DNA from: Vitrella brassicaformis CCMP3155
Lineage: Eukaryota > Protista > Chromerida
Assembly (NCBI GenBank): GCA_001179505.1
Contig: CDMY01000531.1
Coordinates: forward strand, 124,001 to 188,000
DNA: 64,000 nucleotides
Direction of reading: 5' to 3'
Both the position numbers and the translations under genes were made by a program. Below, piece by piece: positions 1 through 12,358 of the stretch. Under the pieces are notes generated by a model that did no database searches, was not told where the DNA came from, and saw nothing but the letters and a program-made list of their open reading frames with translations. Position 1 is the first letter of the stretch; every line of letters starts with the position of its first letter.

Positions 1-1905
1 ACTGAATGTGTTCCCTTTTTGGTCTCATTTCCTCACGTGTTCGGCCGTGAGGTCCTCCGGCAGTGGACGCGGCTCCTTGCCCGCATCTGGCGATTTGGGG
101 GGCGTGACCTGTATACCTATCGAGGCCGTCTTTGGCAGCTTCAGGTCCTCCTCCTTGACAAACATGGGAGACAGTGAGCCCAAATTGGAGCCCTGCACAG
201 ACATCGAGCAGCAACCATCGTGCACATGCCATCTGCACTGCATCTCGTGGACCTTCATGCCGAGGTCGCCATGAATTGGAGGTTCCTGTCCAGCTTCGCG
301 ATGTCTGGCTCGGCCGCGTCACCATTCCCCCTCTTTGGTGGCCTGGCGGAGAAAGACACGTGCAACAGTGTCGCGTTCCTGCGAGCAGACAAAGGACGCC
401 CGTCGACACATCAGCGGGCATGTCTTTCATCGTTGCACTGATTCACCTATATCGGAGTGCCCGAGCCTCTTGGATTTCAACGATGAGGCACAGGAGAGCT
501 GCCGCCATACGGCCGGTGGCTCTTGAGCACGGAGGCATGGCTAGGGGGAACCTGCGAGCTCGGAAGTCGGACGTGGGGGCGGCCCCCCTTCTGACGCATG
601 CATGCAGTTTGACACGCAGACATGCATTTAGGATGTGTATGAGTCATGCAGGCACGAACACACATATGGCGGCTGTCCGTGAACGTTGAGGGCAAGGCAA
701 GGCATGCACCAGCAGGCTGAGACAGGAGGCGAGACTGAGAATCAGACAGACAGACAGACAGACAGACAGATAGACAGACACACAGGGAGATAGATAGACA
801 GACACGCAGGCAGGCATCAGATGGTCAGTGCACTTGTGCTCCTCCTTGAAATTCCCTCCATTCATTCTCAGAGAGACAGACAGACAGACAGACAGGTCAC
901 TCATCATCTACATACCCATGCACATATGCGGACAGTCAGCATCAAAAATAAGAACGAAACAAAAGAGAAAACACGGGAGGGAGCTGTGGCATGCATGTAT
1001 GGGTGGATATGTGTGTGTGAGTGAGTGTGAGTGTGTCTGTGTCGTGCTGTGGGGTCTCTCCTTCCTGCTCTGTACTGCTCTTTTAGGGATGCAGCAAGCG
1101 GAAACGATCCGACCATGCATTGCAGGCACCGACATACATACATACATGGAAGAAAACGGAGAGAGGGAGGGAGGATGGGGCAGCCATTTGCAGTGAGTGA
1201 TATACCCCTCTCAATCAATCGACAATCCAAAATTGACGACTGACCCACTTGTCTCCTCCTTGGCTCCTTCCCCCCGCTTATGTAAGCATACCCACCTACC
1301 TACCTACAGAGATAGAGAGATACCGCTGGCTGCCTAGTCTGCCGGCCTGCCTGACACGTGACTCACTGTTTGTCATACCACACGCCCACGCACGCATAGC
1401 ATTACTCAGTCGACCAGGTCAACCAACTGTGCTGTGTCTGTCCATTAAATTCTACCGCCAAGATATGCATCCATCACCTTGTATGTTCCCCTCCCCGTCC
1501 CCGTCCCCCTCACTGTTGCAGCAGAGAAATAGTAAGTAGGTAGGAAGGAGGCAGGCGGGCTGGCAGGCAGGCAGGCTGGAATAAGTGCACTCGTCTCCTC
1601 TCGTCTCGTCTCGTTGTCTCACAAAAGCAATATCGACACCGCTCGACCATTCAGGCAGCCACTCACACCGACACTCAGACACACAGACCAATACGGTTGT
1701 ATGTGTTAAGAAGGGGGGCGGGGGAGGGGGGTGAACGGGCGACGGACGAGTGGATGGATGGCTCACATCATCTGATCGCCGGTTCGTGCACGCGCCTCTC
1801 TGTCTGCTGCTTCGCTTCCGGCCGTGGACCGACAAACCAGCCAGCACAAAAGAGGAGGCCGTGAGAGAGAGGGAGGGGGGGTGGAATGGGGTGGGCGGGG
1901 TGTGT

Positions 1906-4650
1906 CTAGCCTTCGGCAGGTGCCTGTCGCTGGTTCCACACTCTCACGGTGCGGTCTATCGAAGTAGACACCAGGAAGGACGCATCGGGGCCAAACCTAC
2001 CCACACACAACACAACCACACAGAAGCCCATGAGCTAATGCAATGCATCCTGGCTCGTTTGTGTGTGTGTCTAACTGACCTGACGTCGGTGACATCGGCT
2101 GTGTGGTCTTCGAACGTCGTGACGGGCGCCAGGCTGGTTTTGCTCTCGAAGTGATGCACCGCCAGACGAGAACCAGCCGCAGCCAGGTACTGGCCTGCAC
2201 ACGCACACATACAACACAGAGAGAGACGTCGCATGTGCCCTGTGTGTGGTCGCATAGCAGTGTGTGTGTGTGATGACTGACCGCTGTGGTCGAACATGAC
2301 ACGGTTGACCGGTCTGCCCTCCTCAGCGGGGATGGTCTGGAAACATGATGCCTTGCGCAAATCCCACAACTTGACCTGCACAACCACACCAAAGGTGCAG
2401 TCGGATCGCCGTCACGACTAAGCGGACGTGATGCTGACCTCGCCCGACTGGGCTGACGTGGCGAGGAAGTAGCCATTCTCGGAGATGGCGATGCTCGTCA
2501 CACACGACTGCACCACACACGCACTTACATGAACAGGTGTGTGACAGCATGTTGGTCCCTGGCTCACCTCTCCCTCGAGTGTGGCGATGACGTCCATCTG
2601 CTGCATGCCGTAGATGGACACCACACCGTTGATGCCGCCGCCAGCCATGATCACACCGTCCGGATGGAACGTCAAACACGACAACTGCACACGCACACAC
2701 ACACACACACACACAAACACACACACGCTTTTCCATAGGGTGGACATGTATGTGTGTTGGGGTGGCTGGGCTGCCTGACCGTTGTGTTGAGGTCTTCGAA
2801 TGACTTGAGGCACCTGCCTGCTCTCAGATCGTGGAAGGCCCACACGCCGTCCTTGCCGCACGTCACGAAGTAGTCACGCAGCGGATGAAGACTTAAACCT
2901 GCACACGACCACAACACAACAACGGTGTGGGCACGATCGTCAGAAAGAATCCAATGGCAGGTTGTGTGTGCTCACCGGTAACTTCTGCCTTGTGTTTCCG
3001 GATGGTGTGAACGTTCTTGTACTGCAGGCCGCCCTCATCCTCACTCGCAGACCACAATCTACACACACCCCACACACGCATGTTGTCGGGGTATGACCAC
3101 GAATCCATCTGCTTTTGCCCTGTACCTGGCCGTCTTGTCGTCGGACACAGAGAGGACGAACGATCCCTTGGGGTCTGCGGCGACCTGGTTGACCTTCCGT
3201 TGGTGTCCGTGCAGCTTGGCGAGTGTCTTGCCAACGGCAGTGTCGAACACCACCACCTGGGCGTCCACACCTCCCGTCACGATGCGGTTGCTCTCGTCCA
3301 TGTCCACACACAATATACCTGCACACACACATCATTGACACAGCAAAGGCAACCAGATGAATGCCAATCGACGCGTGCGCATCGGGCCATGCATTCATCA
3401 GAAGGACAGTCGAGCTATGCGCGAGTCCAGTCACGACGGAGCCATCCATCCATCCATCCATCCAAGAGAGCCCCTTTTCCTCTGTCCGTCCGTTGATCCG
3501 TCCCCTTGTTTGTGTATCCATCCATCGGTCGGTCGGTTGACCGGTTGTGCATACCAGGGGGGGCAGCGGAGTGGACTGGGTAGTGGCCCGCACACGTATA
3601 CGCCCTGTCCGCAGGCACGTGCGTACACATACAACGTGCAGTGCCCACGGATACACGTGTGTGGGTGTGGGTGTTGACTTGATTTGGTCGGGGGGTGTGA
3701 GGTCCGGAAACTGCCTCCCCTTCCTCGTGGGCTTGAGCTGCTTGGCCAACGCCTCCATCTCGTGAACTATCGCCTCGCTCACACCTGCAACCGACACCAA
3801 TACCAATACACATAAGTGATGTCAACGGCAGGCCGCGTTTATGCTCGCGTGTCTGCGTGCATACCAGGCTCCTCATCGTCGGATGGAGCACCGACTCTTG
3901 CCGTTGCGAGTTGCTGCTGCAGCTGCCCCACCTGTGCCCGTGCAGCGTCCCTCTCGCGCATCAGCCTGGCGATCACACGACACGCGGCGTCGTGCTGATA
4001 TAAACTGTGACTCAACTGGTTCCGAACCTGTCATATCCACACACACACACACACACAATGACTGACACGTGTGTTGGTGGCTGGTGTGTGGGTGCTTACA
4101 GTGTCCAGGTGCATTCTGAGCTGGAAGGTCTCCGTCATCAGTGCATCCCATTCGGTCTGGAAGAGATTCAGCATGCCAGGAATGCTCGACGCCGTCACAG
4201 GCCGGGGCTTCACCGCCTTGTTGCCTGAGTCATCAAATCAGTCACGCACAAACACAGACAGTCGATTCTATTAGCGACTTTGCGAGTGTGCAGATCCATA
4301 CGAATCAGCCATGACACCACAGGTACGCACACACGGCCCAATCAGCCCGCGATGGCCTAATCTCACTGATGTCTCTGTGACGATTCCCACTCGCTCTCTC
4401 GAGACACACCGGTCAGCAACATGGCATCGATCACACCCTCACGCCCACTCTCACATACCCTTCCCTGCCTGCCCCTCCTCTCACCTTTGATGGGTATGAG
4501 GTCCTCCACAGTGAGCTCTTCCTTGGTCACAGGGCACGTGTGTTCGTTCTGGAGGTGCTTTTCGATGAGCCTTCTCTCGAAGATGCAGCCATGCTTGGTG
4601 GCCACCGGGTCTTCAGGCGGGTTGCCGGAGATGCCACAGACGAGCGCCAT
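1906..4650 (-). CDS. PRP19: Pre-mRNA processing factor 19 (U-box, coiled coil, WD40), multi-exon
   Basis: U-box MALVCGISGNPPEDPVATKHGCIFERRLIEKHLQNEHTCPVTKEELTVEDLIPIK from ATG 4650 (donor after 4485). Prp19 helix SIPGMLNLFQTEWDALMTETFQLRMHL. WD40 exons (GILCVD..VTGGVDAQVVVFD, LHGHQRKVNQV, LSLHPLRDYFVT, FHPDGVIMAGG, SIAISENGYFLAT, VKLWDLRK). Last exon FGPDASFLVSTSIDRTVRVWN..* with TAG at 1906-1908. Confidence 0.95.
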
Positions 4651-5352
4651 GGTTGTTGTGTGAGGCGGGAGGGGCGGGAGGGGTCAGGGCAGCACAGCAA
4701 CGGGTGGGAGGGGAGATCTGCTCGAGATCTTCTCGTTCGATCCCCTCACCACTTCACCATCGCCCTCGACTGCCCCAAAAGCACGATAAGGTCCTTGTTT
4801 CGGGTTGGAGCACCTCCGCTTCCCCTGATCGCGAGCTCGGCAAGCTCGCTGACGAAGGAGGAAGGGACGACGTTGATTTTGTGGTCCTGCGGCTGCGTAA
4901 TGCAAGCACAACACGAGTACGACGAAAGTGAGGCGTGATCTGGATCATCCCATGCAGACATACCGTGAGGCAAAAGAGGTCCTGCCAGGAATTGAACCTG
5001 GGCTACTGGAATGTCCTGCGAAACGCATCAGAATCCAGTGTCCTACCACTAGACTACAAGACCGCTGACATCCAATTGTCCTCAGAAGGCCGCACGCCGG
5101 AAGTCGAGACTTTTGGCCCGAGGGGCGGTTGTTCCCCTCCGCTGCCTATGGACGTCTCGCGTGATATCTGTTTCACGGTGAGCATTCCGGCAAGCATTCA
5201 CACTCCGCAGACCAAGCTTCCGTGGTCAGGAATTGATACTGAGGTGTGACAAAAACACTGCCGCCATTCAAGAGATCCCTCAGTGTGTCTGTCTGTCTCT
5301 TTTTCTGCCTGTGTGTTTGTATTGCAGATCTCTCGCCGGGGAGTGGTGTGCG

Positions 5353-6716
5353 ATGTCAGGATCATCTGCTGCCTGCATCGATCTGACCGACGAGTCAGAG
5401 AACACCGAACTGACAGAGGATCCGTCTGCCCTTCTCGCACGGAAGCTGCAGAACGAGGCGCTGGCCGAAAGCGGCTTTCGTGGAACCTTGCAGGCCTACG
5501 CCGGCTTCGCAAGGGTGAGGAGCTCTGCAGTCATCAAAAAAGGGCGCTGATCTCGTTCTTGCTTCAGCACGTCAAGCGCAAGAGAGACCCACCGTCATCT
5601 GCCGCTGCTGCAGCCGCTGCGTCGCCACCCGATGAGGACAAGGAGATGGAGGGGCAAGGGCATGTCGAGGGAGACGTAGACATTCCGGTAAAACCTGTGC
5701 AGATGACACCCGTGCAAATAAATCCTTCGTGTCCTTGTGACGGTTTGCATCTGTCAGGCTGACGTTGATGAAGCCATGCTCGAAGATGTTGAGGACATCA
5801 TCGCTCAAAGGAGAGAGTGATCAATCGTTACTACTCCCTGACGGCCACCGGCAGGGTCCCTGACTTTTCCAAGCCGAAAAAATGGACGCCTGACGATGTG
5901 AGGCCCCCCGCACACGCTCAACACACACATCCACGGCCGGCCTGCGTGGATGGTGAGCCTCTGTGTGTGTGTGTGCACTGACAGGACAACCTGTTGATTG
6001 AGGCGGCGGAGAATTGCCGCCTCAAGGGCCCGTTTGTCGATTGGGAACGGATGCTAGCAGTAAGCGGAATCAGTCGCCATCCGTCAACAGAGAGACAGCA
6101 CACAGAGAGGTCAAGTCATTGTGTGTGTGTGTGTGTGTGTGTGCCTATCAGGACCCACGATACTCACGGTTGTTTGACGGGGTTCAAAGGAGCAGGTGAT
6201 GCAGAGATTGAGGACCGCTAGACGCAACAGGTGTGAGAAGGAGCAGGAGCAGCAGCAGGCAGATCAGGGAGATAGTGAGCCGCCGAGGGACGGCGGCAAA
6301 GAGGGAGAGGCTGCAGCGGCAGCTGCCGGACTCCCGCCTCCCATGACGGTCGACCCGCAGCCGCCAGCTGCAGCAGCTCATGAGCCCGGCCCAGCTGCCC
6401 CCCTGCCACCGAATGCACCGCTCATCCCTCCCGTCCCCCCATTCCCCACTGACCCCATATTCTGGAGCGCCGGCGTGGGGGTGTGAGGACTGGTGAGTCC
6501 TTTTCTGCCGCTGGCGCTGCGGCTGCGCAGAAGTCTCCTCCCACGGCCACCGAGCAGTCATCACCGTCCTCATTCGCACCGGCACCAGCAAGACCGGCGG
6601 CGGCGGCGGCGGGTCATGGTCCAGATCCGCTGTGCCCAGAAGGCGAGGCGGAAGAGAACGGGCCTGACGACGATGAGGGCGGCCGGCGGAGAGCCAAGCG
6701 TCAGCGGCGTGAGTGA
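5353..6716 (+). CDS. Low-complexity protein with a Myb/SANT-like segment, multi-exon
   Basis: GT-AG exons can be joined in frame to give MSGSSAACIDLTDES..LARKLQNE..., then KWTPDD|DNLLIEAAENCRLKGPFVDWERMLA|DPRYSRLF, followed by Pro/Ala/acidic tails. Downstream frame continuity needs short introns at about 6196-6230 and 6475-6530. Confidence 0.5.
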
Positions 6717-7290
6717 GACTTAGGATGGGTGTGAGTGAGTGAGTGAGTGAGTTCGTGGAGTGTGGGTGTGAGTGAGTAGATGACCTGACCGTGTCATTTA
6801 AGCATGGCGGCGCCTCAGGCAGGCAGGCAGGCAGGCAGGCCTGCCTCTCTGTCTTTACTTTTCTTGTGTACTGAGCGTGTTCAGCCCGCCACCGATGGCG
6901 ACATACATACACACAGACACACATAAATGGCTGCCTGCCTCTTTGCCTCCGTGTCTTTTTCGGTGAACCCGACTTCATCCATCCGTTCTGTCTCTGTGCA
7001 TAGGCCGGGCCTGTATGTCTGTCTAGAAATCGATCATGTGTGCTGTCTGTTAGAACGAAAGACAGAGGGACTCGCTCGATATGGGCAAGACGAACCACGA
7101 GTCCACTGCATCCAATGCATGTCTGTCTCTGTCCATGTCACACGCACACGCACACCGACAGACGGACTCGCAGCAATTGCTGCATGTCGGCCGCCCGGCA
7201 CCCATCCGTCCATCCATTCATCCATCCATCCATCGACAAACACACAACGGACTCGCTGCCACAATCAGACCGCTGCTGTGCCGCTGTTGC

Positions 7291-8181
7291 CTTGGCTTCT
7301 GTCCGGTCGGGGATGGTCTCGAACACAATGCCGTCGACCTTGCCGGTCTCCAACAGCACAGCCAGCCGCTCTCGGTGAAAGTCGCGCAGCACGTCAGGAT
7401 CGACGCCATAGTTGCCCCGATACTCTGCCCCGTCAGCCAGATAGGCTGCACACACAACACAACACAACACAACACAACACCATCAGAGAGTCACACAGGC
7501 CATCATCATCATCCATTTGGGTGTTGTCGCTTACCTCAGGAAGGGCCACATGACCCGATAATCAGTTTGCCGGCGTCCTTTCCCCTCCGCTGCCTATGGA
7601 CGTCTCGCGCCTCGGCCGCCAAATCGATGGCCCTGTGGAAGAGCCCCTGGCTCTCGGATGGGCTCAGACCTGCCAGTAACACACATACGTCACATAAAGA
7701 CAGGCAGTGAGCGAACGGCATGGGTGGTGTGTACCTTGCTGTGCGAAGCCCGGGAAGGACGCTTGATGACAGGTGTGTGTGCAGGCAGGGCCACTAACTA
7801 ATCTATCTCAGTCACATACGTCATCAGGTGTTCGCATTGCCTGGTAAGTCGATGTGATAGCGACGTCGGCCGCCCCTGAATGAAACACTCACACGGACGA
7901 TGTCAGCAGGTGTATCGCAGACAGCGCAGATCAAACAGCCAGACAGCCACACCCACCTGCGTCGAAGAAGCGCAGATGGGCGTCACGGATGGCCGCCAGA
8001 TTTTGCACAGAGAGCATGTTTGTGCCTCATCTATCAGTCCATCCATCCGTGCTGTGAATGTTCTTCTTGCCTCAGTGAGTAGCCGGGTGCTCCACAGCGG
8101 GTGGTTGAGGTCATATCCCTGCCGCTCTAGCTCCACCGCCGAGCCTCCGTCCAGCAGCACAACGGATGCTGAGCGTCCCAA
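7291..8181 (-). pseudogene. HMT: Homocysteine S-methyltransferase homologue, apparently disrupted
   Basis: Motifs VVLLDGGSAVELERQGYDLNHPLWSTRLL, AIRDAHLRFFDAG, AITSTYQ|ASFPGF, IIGSCGP, AYLADGAEYRGNY, VFETIPD. In-frame TGA at 7536-7538. Two homology-defined acceptors read CAA. No in-frame ATG was found, and no C-terminal GxNC or GGCC motif. Confidence 0.7.
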
Positions 8182-8366
8182 GTGAATTTACGAGGCTGTA
8201 CGTGCGCTACAGCGTGGCCTCACGAGGGCTCGCAGGGCACTGTTCTGATGATCGCTGACTGAACACACTACACCACTGTGCTGACTATCGAAAAGGAGGC
8301 TCTCCACGCTCGCCGAGACCACGCACCGACACCCAGCAACGCACAGAGCGGCCAGGAGGCTTCGGC

Positions 8367-10699
8367 ATGATGAGCTGCATGTATCGCATTTTTTGTCCGG
8401 CCACCGACGGCCGGATCCTTTCTTCATCGACTTCATCTTCATCGCCGCTGCCCCGCTCCCGCCCCCTCCCCCTCTCGCTCTCTCTCGTGATGCTCACGCT
8501 CTCTCTCTCAACAACATCGCTACTGCCCCTGACTTCGGCCCTCCCACTGGTTGGCCGTGGTGTTGTTGGTGGTGGTGTTGGGCCACTCAACCGCAACGGG
8601 CGCCGCCCCGCCATCCCTGAGGACGTCAAGGTGACTGACGGCCTGTGCAACCTCAACAATCCCTGTGTGCCCACGGCCAACTGCACACTCACCGTGCCTG
8701 TGGTGGGCAAGATGGTGTGCGAGTGTCCCAAGGGTTTCCAGGGTGACGGCAAGAAGGCGGGCACCGGCTGCCAAGACGTGGACGAGTGCAAGGCGGGAAC
8801 GCACACGTGTGGGTCTGAGAAGGACGGGGCCATGTGCAAGAACACCGAGGGGTCCTTCGAGTGCGGCTGCCAAAAGGGGTGGGAGAAAGGCAAGGGCGGC
8901 AAGTGCTTCGGTGAGTGAACAGCCAGCCAGGGAGGGACGGAGAGGGGTGGATGGCGATCGATTGACGCGGATGTGGGGTGGGTGGTTCGTTCAGACGTCA
9001 ACGAGTGCGCCAGTCCTCTGACCAACACGTGCGGTGGCGATAGTACATGCACCAACCTACCTGGTACCCGACCATAAACGCCTCTCTCACCCACGTGCAC
9101 TTCTCACTCTCTCCATCGGCTTGATTGATACAGGCACGTATCGGTGCGACTGTGGTGACAAGACGATGAAGGCGGCGCTCAACGGCACGTGCGTCGACCT
9201 CAACGAGTGTGAGGACGAGGACGGCAAGTACAACGCATGTGCGCAGAAGTGCAAGAACACACTTGGGGGCTTCACCTGCTCGTGCAACGAGGGGTACACA
9301 CTCAACGCCGACGGCCATGCATGTGACGGTGAGCCCGTGATCGCCCAACTACACATGGCACATGGTGGCCCATGACGGCTGGTGTGTGGCATGGTGCAGA
9401 TATCGACGAGTGCACCGCGGGGACACACAAGTGCGGTCAGCACAAGTGCGTCAACTCGGTGGGGAGCTACCGCTGCGAGTGCAGTGCCGAATTGGGATAC
9501 CAAGGGGCGGAAGACGGAGTCACCTGCATCAGTACGCTCTCTCACAGCTTTTCCTGCCGACCGATCAGACACACAGGATGGTCTCCATGTGATGTGTCTG
9601 TAGATCTGAATGAGTGCGCCATGAATCCCAACATCTGCGGTCGTGAGAACTGCTGCATGGACCTGGAGCCCGAGCGGGGCCGCTACAACTGCAGCAGGGC
9701 CATTGCCGTCCCCTCAGCATCATCATCACTCTTCCGCTCACCACTGCAAACAGCAACAGCAGCCACCCACGGCACCGTCTCCGCCCTTGGGGCAGGCGCA
9801 CCATCAGCATCATGCGTCGGCCTTCTCTGCCCGGCCCATCAGCGCATCCAGCAGCAACAGGCAGAGAGAGAAGCCATGGCTCAGATGCTCGCGGCTGCCA
9901 GTGCCGGTGCCCCTGGTGCTGGTGCCGTGAAGTGCCTGGAGCGAGACGTCGAGTACCAGGGGTGGGACATCCGGACGACCGACGGCGTCATGGCAGTGGC
10001 CGATTGCCAGCAGGCGTGCCGGAAGGACCCCGGGTGCGACTTCTTCTCTTACCGTGCCGAAAGGAGCCTGTGTGAGCTCAAGGCCTCCAACGCGGGACGT
10101 ACACAGAGCGGAGGCGTCGTTTCCGGACCCAAGGTCTGCCCACAGGTTATGCAGGCCATGGGCGGAGCACTACCAAGACAAAGTAAGCACCCCTGCACCC
10201 CCCTCTCTCCCCCCCAACGCACCACCATCCCTCCCTCCCTCCCTGTGTGTTGTCTCATCGTTCCTCAGGGTATCCCCGCTTTGGCGGTCGTCGCGGCCGT
10301 GGCCTTCAGCCTCTTCAGCGCCGGTCAGAGGTGATGTGGTCGTGTCCTGAGGGCTACAAGTACGCCTCCGACTGGGCGAGAGAGAAGAAGAAAGAGCGGC
10401 GGCAGAACTTCGTCGACACCGTGGTCAAGGAGACGTCCGTCCAGGACCTCGGCAGCCTCGCCACCGACAACGTCTTCTCCGACCTTGCCTCAGCCGGGCT
10501 GACCGGGCTGATCAAGGGCAACAAGACGGAGTCGGGCCAGCAGCAGCAGCTAGGCCAGGGTGAGCAGGACGGCACTAGCAGCACTCTCCCCGTTTCGTCA
10601 ATGATGCCCAAGGCGCCTAGCGGTCTGGCGGGTTTCCTAGACTCGTTGCTGGCGAGCGACGTCGAATTCAGCGATGTAAGTTGGCCGTGGGAGACGTAG
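8367..10699 (+). CDS. Secreted calcium-binding EGF-repeat plus PAN/Apple domain protein (microneme-adhesin-like), multi-exon
   Basis: Hydrophobic signal-like stretch LSLSLVMLTLSLSTTSLL. Repeated D[VIL][DN]EC...CxNTxGS[FY]xCxC units, with phase-1 introns before the D. PAN motif CLERDVEYQGWD..DCQQACRKDPGCDFFSY..CELK..VSGPKVC. TAG at 10697-10699. Confidence 0.85.
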
Positions 10700-12358
10700 C
10701 CGTACGGTACAATGGAGCACGCAAGCAGTAGACACAGGAAGGAGTAAGCCGTACTGAAAAAACGGGGGGAGCGAGCCAAAGGGGAGGGATGGAGGGATGG
10801 TTGGTAACCGCATCCATTCACGCATGCACGCACACACACGTCCATGTGTGCCCGTGATTTTCTAAGATGCATCCATCCATCCATCCGTTTAGTTACACAC
10901 ACTGCAGCACAAGTGGCCAATTGATCACCGTCTCTCTCTCTGTCTCTGTCTCTGTCTTGCGTGCAGCTCTCCCAAATCGCGAACTTGGCGCTCAACATCG
11001 CGGGTATCGCCGGCGACTACTCCATCTAATCCGGCGGACCGGCGCCCCGGCACGATTCCCAGCGCGTCCACCGCCATCCATCGCATGTTTGTCGTGAGTG
11101 ATTCCTTCCTGTGTCCGTCCGTGGGAGTCCTTGCCCGACAGTCGCAGCCCTCCCCGCAATCGCCGTTTGAGCGTTGGCGTCGTACGAAGGCTGCCCTCGG
11201 GTCACCAGAGACTCCCACGAGTGATAGACGAGAGATGAGATGACATGAGATAAGACAGAAGGGAAGGCACATCGATATGTTTATGGGTTTGTCCATAGGT
11301 CTGTATGTATGTGTGCATGTATGTGTGTGAATGTATGTGTGTGTCTGTGTATGTGTGTATTGCTTTGATCGGTCGCTGAGTGCAGAGAAGGTGTCGTATG
11401 TGTGTGCGTCGACTGGACCGTTTTGCCTCCCTTCTTGGCTTGGCTTTTTTCCGTGTTCGTGTTTCATTGACTGACAGAGACAAGAGAGAGAGTGAGCGAG
11501 ACGCTACATACATATCGTCGATCGCATACATGTCTGTCTGTATGTGTACATGCGCATGACTGATGTCTATCGCTAGCAGGCAGCCCTCCCGCCTGCCCAC
11601 CCACCCACCCACCCACCCACCCACCTGGTTGTCTGCCTCCAATGGATTTCATCAACTACTCGTTTTTCCCTCTGTCTCGCACGTTTCTTTTTGACCTCCC
11701 GTCCCTCCCTTCATCCCACGATGGATGGATGGATGCGTGTGCATGTATACGTACATTCGCAAGTGAGAGAGGCGAGCCAGGGTTTTCTCCGTCGCCCTCG
11801 TTCGCCACTCCCTCCTCTCGGATGTGTGTGTGGGGGTGCGTGGATGCCTGTGTGATGTGCTATATAAGTCGGTGTCTGCCTGCTTTTATGTGTGTATGCT
11901 CGTGGGTGCATGGCGTGGCACGGCTGTGGGGCGTCATCATGCCCGTCCAGCCAGCCACATACACTTCTCTGTTCGTGTGCCGTCCGACCCTGTAGAAAGA
12001 TAGACACATGCAGATATTGCATTGAAGGTCAGCCAGCAGGTAGCGTGCCTCCCTCAGCTCAGCTCATTTCCATCCACAGCGTGTGACAGCCAGGCAGACG
12101 ATACGAGCCAGATGGCGCCCAATGGCGCGTCTCAGGCCGGTGACGGCTCAATGCAGCCTCTAAGGCCGCTGATGCTGTGGCTGATCGATCATGGACCGAC
12201 GCGATGCAGGCAGATACAGACAGGTCGATGAGTGGACGGATGGATGGATGGATGGGCAGGGCAGGAGGGCGGGTGTTTCGTGAGACACTTCATCAGTGCG
12301 TGTATCGTTTTACGTCAATCAATGTGTCAGCTTCTCACCCACTCATCTCACCTTTCGG

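Noticed and set aside
1-700. Minus-strand ORF fragments (25-258, 477-695) that could be the 3' end of a gene
   Set aside because: No recognisable motif and competing frames, so no gene model can be supported.
4780-5520. Faint resemblance of DDVDFVVLRL / ADIQLSS / EWC..IDL to the PRMT5 TIM barrel
   Set aside because: The segments do not join consistently and no methyltransferase domain follows.
7536-7538. Selenocysteine at the HMT UGA
   Set aside because: The aligned residue is Gly, not Cys, the gene has other lesions, and no SECIS was identified.
10269-10334. Transmembrane helix GIPALAVVAAVAFSLFSA in the EGF/PAN gene
   Set aside because: That frame stops at 10334. The strong GTAAGC donor selects the other frame, which continues to 10699.
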